DNA of 39,475 nt from Phycisphaerae bacterium (GTDB lineage Bacteria; Planctomycetota; Phycisphaerae; Phycisphaerales; SM1A02), in NCBI GenBank assembly GCA_018663565.1, contig JABJQE010000160.1, positions 1 to 39,475 on the forward strand. The letters are read 5' to 3'. Each line of letters opens with the position of its first letter. Within the stretch, counting starts at the first letter, position 1. The notes below the pieces were generated by a model that ran no database searches, was not told where the DNA came from, and worked only from the letters and a program-made list of their open reading frames with translations. Shown one piece after another: positions 15,321-23,911 of the stretch. A program made the translations under genes and the position numbers.

Positions 15321-17966
15321 ATGGCCTCTGCAGGACACCCCTTCATGACCGATGCCGACCGCCCAGAAGAGGCGGACGAAAACACGACGCCGCCTGACAA
15401 CATCGGGCACATCATCGAACAACCTGTCGAGCAAGAACTGCACACGAGCTACCTCACGTACGCGATGTCGACGATTACCGACCGCGCGCTCCCAGACGTG
15501 CGAGACGGCCTGAAGCCATCACAGCGACGCATTCTCGTCGCGATGAATGACCTCAACTTATCGCCCGGCCGGAAACATCGAAAGTGCGCCAAGATCTCCG
15601 GCGATACGTCTGGCAACTATCACCCGCACGGCGAATCGGTCATTTATCCAACCTTGGTCAACATGGGCCAAGGCTGGAAAATGCGTGTCATGCTTGTCGA
15701 CAAGCAAGGTAACTTTGGCTCCATTGATGGCGACCCGCCGGCTGCTATGCGGTATACCGAGGCTCGGTTGACCCATGCTGCAAGCGAGTTGCTCACGGAT
15801 CTCAAACTCGACACCGTCGACTACATCGCCAACTACGACGAAACACGAACCGAACCAACAGTTCTTCCAGCACGGTTCCCCAATTTGCTTGTGAATGGCT
15901 CGAGCGGCATCGCCGTTGGCATGTCGTGCTCGATGCCGCCACATAATGTCACCGAAGTCTGCAATGCCATTGTCGCGGTTATTGACGACCCAAGTATTGA
16001 TTTCGCCGGACTCATGGCCATCATCCCTGGCCCGGACTTCCCAACCGGCGGCACCATCGTTGGCCGTCGCGGCATCGCAGACGCCTACGCCACCGGACGT
16101 GGTCGCGTCATTGTTCGTGGTGTCGTCCATCAAGAAGAAATCAAAGGGCGTTCTTGCCTCGTGATCAACGAGATCCCCTATCAAGTCGTGCAGAACAACC
16201 TCATTGATAAGATGGTTGACGCGGCCAAGGCTGACCGTATTCAGGGCATTGCGGACATCAAGAACTTCTCGGGAAAGAAGCACCGCACTCGCATCGTCGT
16301 ACAGCTCAAGCGCGGCGCTGACCCAGATGTGGTCGAGCGGCAGATCTATCAATTTACGCCGCTCCAAAGCACTGTGTCCATAATCAACATTGCGCTCGAT
16401 CGGGGCCGACCCCGCACGATGGGTATCCGTCAGCTGATTGATTGTTTCATCAATCATCGTCGTGATGTCGTACGTCGACGCACCGAGTACCTCCTTCGAG
16501 AAGCTCGCAAACAAGCACACCGTCTTGAAGGACTCATCCTCGCCGTCTGCGACATCGATGAAGTCATCTCACTCATTCGGTCATGCCGAACGCGGGAACA
16601 AGCCATCATCAAGTTGATGGAGCGACGATTCCAGATTGCGGGCGATCACCCCCAAGTCGAGACGATTCCTCCAACGCTTCTTGAACTATGTGGCGGCGAT
16701 GAGGGACTCGCCCTCTCCCGTGTGCAAGCCGAAGCGATCGGTGCCCTGCGACTAATCCAGCTCACGGGCCTTGAAATTGAGAAGCTCGTGGCGGACTACA
16801 CGGCGCTTGTCGAGAAGATTGATGAATACTTACTCATCCTCTCTGACGAACAACGCATCCTCGACATCATCCGTGAAGACTGCGAAGAGATTCGCGAAGC
16901 CTATGGCAGCGACCGCAAGACGCAAATCGAAGATGGCGAAGTTGACGATTACAACATCGGCGACCTGATTCCCGAACACCATGTTGTCGTCACAGTCACG
17001 CACCGTGGCTACATCAAACGCCTCCCAACTGACACCTACCGCGAACAGCATCGCGGCGGGCGCGGCGTGGCAAGCGGCAAGGTTGCAGATGACGACTTCA
17101 CCGAACTCATCTTTGCTGCAAGCTCGCATGACGACTTGCTGTGCTTTACGACACTCGGACGCGTATTCAAACTCAAGGTCTGGCAGATTCCAGAAGGCGC
17201 GCGAACTGGCAAGGGCCGAGCGATCGTCAACCTCTTGCGTCTCAAAGACGGCGAGCAGGTTGTCACATGCCTGCCCATCAAGGACTTTGATGCGGGCGAA
17301 AACTTCTTGGTGTTCTGCACCAAACTTGGCAAGGTCAAACGAACTGCGCTCAAGGACTACAAGAACGTCAACGTAGCTGGCATCAATGCCGTCAGCCTTC
17401 GAGAAGGCGACGACCTTGTTCGCGTTGTTCACACCGAAGGTGCCCATCACCTCCTGCTTGCCACAGCGTCAGGCATGTCGATTCGATTCTGTGAGTCTGA
17501 CGCCCGCGTCATGGGACGAACCACTGCCGGCGTCAAGGGCATTGACCTTGCTGGAGATGATGTCGTTGTTGGCATGGTTCGCGTCGATGACGACGCGGAC
17601 CTCTTGACTGTGACCGCAAATGGCTACGGCAAGCGAACGCCGATGGTGGAATATCTTGTCAGGTCACAAGACGGCGAGACTCGACCACAAGGTCGTGGCG
17701 GCAAGGGCCGTCGCGACATCCGAACCGAGGGCCGAAACGGCCCGGTCGTGACGATTCGCAATGTCCATGGGTCCAACGGAATCGTCTTTGCAAGCGAGAG
17801 CGGCATGCTTGTGCGTATTGGGGCCGACTCCATCAGCCGAATTGGCCGCAACACACAAGGCGTGCGGCTTGTCAATCTCAAGTCAGGCGATCATGTCATC
17901 GCCGCCGCCAAACTTGCCGAAGAATCAACCGATGACGCTGTAGATTCGCCAACCGAAGAATCTTGA
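15321..17966 (+). CDS. gyrA: DNA gyrase subunit A
   Basis: Motifs are SYLTYAMSTITDRALPDVRDGLKPSQRRILVAM, the QRDR GNYHPHGESVIYPT, the active-site AMRYTEARL, and the GyrA box QHRGGRGV in the C-terminal beta-pinwheel. I call ATG 15321. The track start at 15315 is TTG, and ATG 15345 is also possible. Confidence 0.95.
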   Translation: MASAGHPFMTDADRPEEADENTTPPDNIGHIIEQPVEQELHTSYLTYAMSTITDRALPDVRDGLKPSQRRILVAMNDLNLSPGRKHRKCAKISGDTSGNYHPHGESVIYPTLVNMGQGWKMRVMLVDKQGNFGSIDGDPPAAMRYTEARLTHAASELLTDLKLDTVDYIANYDETRTEPTVLPARFPNLLVNGSSGIAVGMSCSMPPHNVTEVCNAIVAVIDDPSIDFAGLMAIIPGPDFPTGGTIVGRRGIADAYATGRGRVIVRGVVHQEEIKGRSCLVINEIPYQVVQNNLIDKMVDAAKADRIQGIADIKNFSGKKHRTRIVVQLKRGADPDVVERQIYQFTPLQSTVSIINIALDRGRPRTMGIRQLIDCFINHRRDVVRRRTEYLLREARKQAHRLEGLILAVCDIDEVISLIRSCRTREQAIIKLMERRFQIAGDHPQVETIPPTLLELCGGDEGLALSRVQAEAIGALRLIQLTGLEIEKLVADYTALVEKIDEYLLILSDEQRILDIIREDCEEIREAYGSDRKTQIEDGEVDDYNIGDLIPEHHVVVTVTHRGYIKRLPTDTYREQHRGGRGVASGKVADDDFTELIFAASSHDDLLCFTTLGRVFKLKVWQIPEGARTGKGRAIVNLLRLKDGEQVVTCLPIKDFDAGENFLVFCTKLGKVKRTALKDYKNVNVAGINAVSLREGDDLVRVVHTEGAHHLLLATASGMSIRFCESDARVMGRTTAGVKGIDLAGDDVVVGMVRVDDDADLLTVTANGYGKRTPMVEYLVRSQDGETRPQGRGGKGRRDIRTEGRNGPVVTIRNVHGSNGIVFASESGMLVRIGADSISRIGRNTQGVRLVNLKSGDHVIAAAKLAEESTDDAVDSPTEES

Positions 17967-17994
17967 GAACACCTGATAGGGAGGCCTGCAGGCC

Positions 17995-18390
17995 ATGCCA
18001 CTGAATTCCTGGTCCGACACCATCACCATCGCTGAACTTGGCGATGAGCCAATGTTCTCAGAAGATATGGACGCGCTCGTTGACCAACTCGACGCTATTC
18101 GACACGAGGGTGATGAAGGCGTACCGCACGTCATCGTTGACCTGCAGAACGTATTCAGTGTGAACTCTTCGAACCTCGGCAGTCTGCTCCGTATTCGCAA
18201 GCTTCTTGAGGCTTGCCATCGACGGCTCCTGATCTGCTCAGTCAATGACTCCATTTGGTCAGCCATGATCGCCACCGGACTCGATCGCATCTTTTCATTC
18301 GCCTCTGACGTCACCACGTCGCTCGCGGAAATTCAGCTTGGCATTGGTCCGGGCTCCGATGCGGACGACTCTGAATCGGCGGAGTCCTGA
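17995..18390 (+). CDS. STAS-domain protein (SpoIIAA/RsbV-like anti-sigma-factor antagonist fold)
   Basis: 131 aa. VPHVIVDLQNVFSVNSSNLGSLLRIRKLLEACHRRLLICSVNDSIWSAMIATGLDRIF aligns with SpoIIAA, including the phospho-Ser loop (DSSGLG). GGGAGG lies 12 nt upstream of the ATG. Confidence 0.85.
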   Translation: MPLNSWSDTITIAELGDEPMFSEDMDALVDQLDAIRHEGDEGVPHVIVDLQNVFSVNSSNLGSLLRIRKLLEACHRRLLICSVNDSIWSAMIATGLDRIFSFASDVTTSLAEIQLGIGPGSDADDSESAES

Positions 18391-18393
18391 CCG

Positions 18394-18834
18394 ATGCTGC
18401 GGCTTCGCCGAGCCGAGCCCGATATGCGCATCGAAATGATGCCGCTCATCGACGTGATCTTTCTCATCCTCACGTTCTTTGTGTACGCCATGGTGCTCAT
18501 GGTGCGTGTTGACATGCTGCCCGTTCCACTCGAGTCATATGGTTCGGGCGAGGCGGCAGATCCAGACCCCGCCATCGCCGTCACTCTGCGGCTCGATGGA
18601 TCAGTATTTGTCGGACAAGATCAAACTGGTCCAGAAGGCATGCTCGAGGCCATTACAGCCGCCCAGGCCGATGCGCCCGATACTGTTGTCTACCTCGTTC
18701 TCGAAGCAGGCGATGGCACGACTGACCGGGGGCCCCTGCTCACGACAGTGTGGGACCGACTGCACCGCGCGGGCATTGACATCAAGTTGGTCGGCGCCGC
18801 CACCGAAGACACATCAGCTGCGCCAACCCCATGA
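18394..18834 (+). CDS. exbD: ExbD/TolR-family biopolymer transport protein
   Basis: 146 aa. It has a single N-terminal TM helix carrying the conserved Asp (MMPLIDVIFLILTFFVYAMVL) and a periplasmic alpha/beta domain. It starts 3 nt after the STAS stop. Confidence 0.85.
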   Translation: MLRLRRAEPDMRIEMMPLIDVIFLILTFFVYAMVLMVRVDMLPVPLESYGSGEAADPDPAIAVTLRLDGSVFVGQDQTGPEGMLEAITAAQADAPDTVVYLVLEAGDGTTDRGPLLTTVWDRLHRAGIDIKLVGAATEDTSAAPTP

Positions 18835-19868
18835 TCGCCGAACGGACACGACTGAGCATTGGTCTTGCAGTGTCGTGCCTTGTCAATTCGCTCTTGATTG
18901 TGCCGGGCCTCACAGCCGACACAGGAGCCAACAACGAAGACTCGCTTTTTGACGATGATGTGCAGCCACCGGACTTCATGCCCGAACCACCAGAAGATGA
19001 GGTCACGCTTGGTATCGAAGAGTCCGAAGCCTCCACGCTGACCTGGATTGGATATGAGCAGTATCGCGAGCACATGGCCAAACTCTCTGAACTTGAACAG
19101 GCTCAGTTCGTAGCCGGCGGTGCTGCAGATGGCGGTGGCGGGAATCCGGCGCCGACAAGTACACCAAGCCAGCAGCCCACTACCACACCGACTGAACCAC
19201 AGCCCGAACAAGACACTCCGGAACCACGACCAGAACAAGCACCGCTTCCGCAGGCTCCTGATGCCACCATGCCAGTGCCTTCGGAGACAGATAAACAAGG
19301 CGAGGCTGAAAAACCATCTGAGACGCCAAGCGACGTTCCGTCGCCACAAAAGCCAGCCCAAAAGCCGACACCACAGCAGCCGCCTCAACCGCCTGCGCCC
19401 ACGGGCGGAGACAACGCGCCAACACCAGGCCCCCCCAAGCCCCAAACTGGCCCCTCAGCAACAGGTGCCGAGGATTTGCCACCGGTCCCCAATGCCAGCG
19501 ACCGCGATTCTGATGCGACGGCCATCCATCCAGTCAACGTCAAACGCCCAGGCGGACCTGTTGCCGCTCAAGGACTTGAAGTTCGGACGTTCAGACCCAA
19601 ACTCACGCCATACGAGGAATTGCAGTTTGGCCGGATTTCCATCGTGGCCAAGTTGGAATTTGATCGCCTCGGAAAGCCCAGACGCATTTCGCTCGGCACG
19701 CCTGATCCGCGATCCAAGACAATGCGGTGGCAACCGGCCAACAGCATGTCTGGATACCTCGGCAAGGTCATCACATCTTTGTACCGATGGCGAGCATCTG
19801 GAAAAGACCTCAAAGGTCTCACTGGAGATGAGACCATTCCAATCGTGTTCGAGTTGACCTTCAAGTAG
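18831..19868 (+). CDS. TonB-like energy-transducer candidate (N-terminal TM anchor, Pro-rich spacer, small C-terminal domain)
   Basis: 345 aa. Its start overlaps the exbD stop (ATGA). The TM helix is LSIGLAVSCLVNSLLIVPGL. A Pro/Gln/Glu-rich segment of about 150 aa follows (PEPPEDE...PQQPPQPPAPTGG...). The C-terminal region ISIVAKLEFDRLGKPRRISL...GKVITSLYRWRASG loosely resembles TonB_C. This assignment rests on architecture, not on a verified homology. Confidence 0.6.
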   Translation: MIAERTRLSIGLAVSCLVNSLLIVPGLTADTGANNEDSLFDDDVQPPDFMPEPPEDEVTLGIEESEASTLTWIGYEQYREHMAKLSELEQAQFVAGGAADGGGGNPAPTSTPSQQPTTTPTEPQPEQDTPEPRPEQAPLPQAPDATMPVPSETDKQGEAEKPSETPSDVPSPQKPAQKPTPQQPPQPPAPTGGDNAPTPGPPKPQTGPSATGAEDLPPVPNASDRDSDATAIHPVNVKRPGGPVAAQGLEVRTFRPKLTPYEELQFGRISIVAKLEFDRLGKPRRISLGTPDPRSKTMRWQPANSMSGYLGKVITSLYRWRASGKDLKGLTGDETIPIVFELTFK

Positions 19869-19885
19869 TTCCTCGTCGCCATACA

Positions 19886-20683
19886 ATGGACTCCATGAAG
19901 ATCTTGCTCACGAACGATGATGGCATCCATGCCCCTGGCATTGTGTCTCTCCACTCTGCCATTGAAGATCTTGGCGACGTCTGGACCGCTGCGCCACTCA
20001 CGGTGCAAAGCGCCGCAGGCCACGGCATCACGTACACCAATCCACTAATGGTTGAGCCCATTCAAGTCACACCGTCCTTTGGTGGCATGGCCATTGACGG
20101 CAAACCTGCCGACTGCGTCAAATTGGCAATCAAATCACTCTGGCCGGAAGCATTTGGCGATGGAGAACGGCCCGATCTCACGATTAGCGGCATGAACTCC
20201 GGCGCCAATGTGGGGATCAATATTCTGTACTCGGGCACAGTCGCCGCGGCCGTTGAGTCGGCATTCCTTGGCGTGCCCTCTATTGCGGTCAGCCTATACC
20301 TGCAGAACCGCGATCGCATCTATTGGGACAGAGCCGCGGCCATTGCCCGAACCACCATCGATCACATCCTTGCAACACGACCACTCACGCCGCACGAAGT
20401 CATCAATGTCAATATCCCACCGATTGAATCGCCCAATGCTGAAATGCCACCGCTTCGAGTGGTGGGCATGAATGCCGCACCTCTTGCCGAAGGGTTTGAG
20501 CGCCGCGTCAGCCCCGCCGGCCAAGTGTACTACTGGTCGGCAAGTGAAGGCATGCAATTCACAAGCACGACCGAAGGCTCAGATGTCGATCTCATTCGCA
20601 ACGGCTGCGTGACCATTACGCCACTTTCGTATGTCATGACAGATGTCAATCGATTGCAGGAGTGGCGTGAAGCGTTGGAATAG
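19886..20683 (+). CDS. surE: 5'/3'-nucleotidase SurE
   Basis: MKILLTNDDGIHAPGI...NSGANVGINILYSGTVAAAVE is the canonical SurE signature. ATG 19886 and ATG 19895 are both possible starts. Confidence 0.92.
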   Translation: MDSMKILLTNDDGIHAPGIVSLHSAIEDLGDVWTAAPLTVQSAAGHGITYTNPLMVEPIQVTPSFGGMAIDGKPADCVKLAIKSLWPEAFGDGERPDLTISGMNSGANVGINILYSGTVAAAVESAFLGVPSIAVSLYLQNRDRIYWDRAAAIARTTIDHILATRPLTPHEVINVNIPPIESPNAEMPPLRVVGMNAAPLAEGFERRVSPAGQVYYWSASEGMQFTSTTEGSDVDLIRNGCVTITPLSYVMTDVNRLQEWREALE

Positions 20684-20686
20684 AAC

Positions 20687-21931
20687 TCAGCGCTCACCGC
20701 GCGGCTTCAGTACATACTCACGACCGCCCCAGCTCACTGCTTCGCCCTGCTGCAAAGTCCGCTCGGCCCACCGCATGATACGGAACACTTCCCATGCGCC
20801 GATTGGAAAGAGGAGGACTGACCACACCGGCTGGCGTCCCATGGAATACGTCCACCCAAGCGCAATGCACTGCAAGAACAGTCCCAGAGCCCCAAGCCAT
20901 AAGGCGATCATGGCCGCAGGGCCAGACGAGATCAACCCCAACGCGACTGCAATCACACACACGCCGGGCACGGCCCAGCCAACGAGCAACTGACGGCGCG
21001 ACTGCTTTCGGAGCGCCTTGCAGCCGCGACTTGTCGCCTCCAGAAAGATACGCATCCAGCCACGCAGAAACTCCTCGCGGGTGCCATACATCGAACACGC
21101 CAGCAAGCCGTCAGACTGCAAAATATTAACGCGGCCCCCGGCTTTGCTGATGACTTGCGCAAAGGCAATATCCTCAAGCAGGTCGTTCTTGACAGCAGCG
21201 TGCCCGCCTACCTCCTCGTACCAGTCTCGATCAAACAACATGAACTGGCCATTGGCAAATGTCCGTGCGCGATCGTCACGATTCACGCGGTCGGGCGGAA
21301 AGAGTGACATCAAGGCCATCGTGGCGACAGGCTGCGTGCAGCGTTCGAACCAATGGCAGCTCTTGAGATCAGTCAGCAGGCTCAGCAACGCGGTATCTCG
21401 CCGCTTTGCTTCTCCCACTGCAGCTCGTAGTAAGTCTGGATGCGCCTCCGTATCTGCGTCGATGAAGGCGAGCATGTCGCCTTCAGCGTGCTCGGCTCCA
21501 ATCCGAAGTGCATGACACTTGCCAGCCCACGACTCAGGACAATCGGTATTGCGAATAAGTGTGACACGATCATCACGTTCCACACGCTCAGTCACAATGG
21601 CCTCGGTTGCATCGCTACACCGGTCAGCCACCACGATGACTTGCAGTCGATCCCACTTCTGAGCGAGCAGTGAATCGAGACATGTCGCGATTACTCGTTC
21701 TTCATTATGAGCTGGCACGATGATGGACACCAACTCATCGACAGCAGGTTCCTGAAGCCCACGACGCACTGATATCCCAGTCGAGAGCATTCGCCCGATC
21801 CTGACCATCAAGACGGACCACCAGATCACGGCACAGGCGGCCAGCGATGCGAACACGATGCACAGGATGAAGAGTGTGTCCATGAGCATGGAATGGTATC
21901 TCGGGGGCACCATGCGAACCTCGCCGAACAC
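20687..21931 (-). CDS. Membrane-embedded family-2 glycosyltransferase
   Basis: The protein has an N-terminal TM helix. Its GT-A core reads VSIIVPAHNEERVIATCLDSLLAQ...IVVADRCSDAT...FIDADT...NGQFMLFDR...LLEDIAFA. Two to three C-terminal TM helices follow. The GTG track start at 21931 is uncertain, since Met7, Met15 and Met17 are alternatives. Confidence 0.8.
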   Translation of the reverse strand: MFGEVRMVPPRYHSMLMDTLFILCIVFASLAACAVIWWSVLMVRIGRMLSTGISVRRGLQEPAVDELVSIIVPAHNEERVIATCLDSLLAQKWDRLQVIVVADRCSDATEAIVTERVERDDRVTLIRNTDCPESWAGKCHALRIGAEHAEGDMLAFIDADTEAHPDLLRAAVGEAKRRDTALLSLLTDLKSCHWFERCTQPVATMALMSLFPPDRVNRDDRARTFANGQFMLFDRDWYEEVGGHAAVKNDLLEDIAFAQVISKAGGRVNILQSDGLLACSMYGTREEFLRGWMRIFLEATSRGCKALRKQSRRQLLVGWAVPGVCVIAVALGLISSGPAAMIALWLGALGLFLQCIALGWTYSMGRQPVWSVLLFPIGAWEVFRIMRWAERTLQQGEAVSWGGREYVLKPRGER

Positions 21932-22004
21932 CGCGATTCATGCCACCCCATGCAAAAACTGGGTCATGAACGATCTGACTGGCCGAGCCCCCGCGGATAC
22001 TATG

Positions 22005-22018
22005 CCTGACCTGTCAGG
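22005..22018. promoter_or_regulatory. Perfect 6+6 inverted repeat CCTGAC-CT-GTCAGG immediately upstream of the ABC permease start
   Basis: Read directly from the sequence. It ends 6 nt before ATG 22025 and is preceded by TACTAT (21998-22003), a possible -10 element. No function has been demonstrated. Confidence 0.2.
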
Positions 22019-22024
22019 ACACCG

Positions 22025-23911
22025 ATGTATCAACCACTGCTTACTAGTCGTTATTTGACGACCCGAATGATTCCGTTACTTGCGGTAGCCGCCGTCGCGC
22101 TGTGCGTCGCCCTGGTCATTGTGGTGATTTCGGTCATGACTGGCTTCCTCAACATGGTGCGGTCTTCAGGCCAAACGCTCATGGGCGACGTGGTCATCAC
22201 ATACCCCATTCGCGGGATACCCCAGTACGACACCCTGATCGCTGCTATTGAAGAGCATCCTGAAATCGTGGCGGCAACGCCTGTGGTCGACACGTGGGGC
22301 CTCCTTCGCATGCCATACCCAGAAGGAGATGCCAAGGAAAGTGAACAAGTTCAAATCTGGGGCATCGAGCCCGAGTCGTTCTCCGCTGTCACGGGCTTCT
22401 CCGACACTTTGCAATGGGACAACGTTCCGGACAATGTGTCAGCCGACGTTCTGCAAGATGTGTTCGACCACCGCAGCGAAGAAGTTGCAGACACCGTTGT
22501 TCCGCTTCTTGATGAACAGCACCGCATGGCATTGCTCCGCGCGACGTATCACGAAGAACTTGAAGACGACGCGATGGTCCGGCATCTCGTATCGATTGCA
22601 AGCGACCGAGAATTGGCGCAGCGTATTGGATGGTTCCTCCGCCACGGCGAGGAACACAGTACGGTCCTGGGCGCGGGGGCCATCGCAGCGATGCAACACC
22701 TTGAACCGCGCTTACACGACAGCGAGCAACTGCGACGCGACGGCCTCACCCTCACCCGCAATGGCCGCGCGGCCATTGTGCCGGGCCGACATGTCTCCAA
22801 AGCCAATGTCCGCACGAGCACAGGTGAATACCGAGTCGCGGCTGGTGGCTACTGGTGGCTTCCTCGATTTGAAGGCACACTGACCACGCTCCCAATCGAT
22901 AGCCGAGGCGGCATGCTCGAGCCCGAAAGCGTTGTGCTTCCGTTTGCCAATGAGTTTGCGAGCGGCGTGTATCTGATCGATCAAACCCGAGTGATGGTGC
23001 CTCTTGATGTCGTACAGCGGATGACTCATCTCGACGAGGCTGAACTTGTCGATGAGGATGACCTCACCACCGTCGTGGGAACATCGCCAGCGAGAGCCAC
23101 CATGGTGCTCGTTCGCGGGCAGGATGGAATTCCTGCGACCGATCTTCGTGACATTGTGCGAGCGGCGTACCGCTCGTTCGAGGCCCAGTGCGACGCAGAA
23201 AACCTTCCCGATAGCGAACAACCACCACGTCTTGGTCGTGATCCAGGCCTTGGCATCTTGACGTGGGAAGAACAAAACGCCTCGTTCATTGGGCCGGTTG
23301 AGAAAGAACGCGAACTCATGCGTACGCTCTTCTCGATTGTCTACCTCGTATGCGGCGCATTGATCGTGGCAATCTTCTGGGCCATTGTGTACGAGAAAAC
23401 GCGAGACATTGGCATTCTTCGCAGCGTTGGCGCGTCTCGAAGTGGCATCGTGTACATCTTCCTGCTCTACGGGTTGTTTGTCGGTGTATCCGGGGCGATT
23501 GCAGGTGTCTGTCTTGGTTGGCTAATCACCACCAATATGCCAACTATTCACGATGCGATGTCAGCGCCGCCATTGTGGCTTGGCGTTTCGCTCGTCTCGG
23601 CCTCAGGTCTACTGGTCATTTGGAGGGGTCTGCATTGGCGCGGCTGCAAATTGCTGCCGCTTCTGCTTGGCATCCTTGGCGCCGTCGTTCTTGGTGCGCT
23701 CGGTATCGGCGAACTAATGCTACGACAATCTGGCGGCGTTGTGCTGTGGGATCCTGCGGTCTACTACTTCACTGATATTCCAAGCGATGTCGACTGGGCA
23801 TCGGCTTGGATCACGGCAGCCGCTGCAGCCGTGTGTAGCGTTATTGCTGCCGCGATTCCAGCAGCCCGTGCTGCTGACATCGATCCGGTTGGAGCACTCC
23901 GATATGAGTAG
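22025..23911 (+). CDS. FtsX/LolC/LolE/MacB-type ABC transporter permease with enlarged periplasmic domain
   Basis: 628 aa. The N-terminus YQPLLTSRYLTTRMIPLLAVAAVALCVALVIVVISVMTGF is LolC/E-like. An extracytoplasmic segment of about 390 aa follows. The C-terminal FtsX module reads RDIGILRSVGASRSGIVYIFLLYG...AARAADIDPVGALRYE. Confidence 0.8.
   Translation: MYQPLLTSRYLTTRMIPLLAVAAVALCVALVIVVISVMTGFLNMVRSSGQTLMGDVVITYPIRGIPQYDTLIAAIEEHPEIVAATPVVDTWGLLRMPYPEGDAKESEQVQIWGIEPESFSAVTGFSDTLQWDNVPDNVSADVLQDVFDHRSEEVADTVVPLLDEQHRMALLRATYHEELEDDAMVRHLVSIASDRELAQRIGWFLRHGEEHSTVLGAGAIAAMQHLEPRLHDSEQLRRDGLTLTRNGRAAIVPGRHVSKANVRTSTGEYRVAAGGYWWLPRFEGTLTTLPIDSRGGMLEPESVVLPFANEFASGVYLIDQTRVMVPLDVVQRMTHLDEAELVDEDDLTTVVGTSPARATMVLVRGQDGIPATDLRDIVRAAYRSFEAQCDAENLPDSEQPPRLGRDPGLGILTWEEQNASFIGPVEKERELMRTLFSIVYLVCGALIVAIFWAIVYEKTRDIGILRSVGASRSGIVYIFLLYGLFVGVSGAIAGVCLGWLITTNMPTIHDAMSAPPLWLGVSLVSASGLLVIWRGLHWRGCKLLPLLLGILGAVVLGALGIGELMLRQSGGVVLWDPAVYYFTDIPSDVDWASAWITAAAAAVCSVIAAAIPAARAADIDPVGALRYE

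Noticed and set aside
15558-16520. 320-aa minus-strand ORF inside gyrA
   Set aside because: This is an antisense shadow ORF of the kind expected in GC-rich coding sequence. The gyrA frame is unambiguous across the same span.
18690-19445. 251-aa minus-strand ORF opposite the Pro-rich region of the TonB-like gene
   Set aside because: The complement of a CCN-rich proline tract gives a Gly/Trp/Arg-rich frame. It has no start context and no recognisable motifs.
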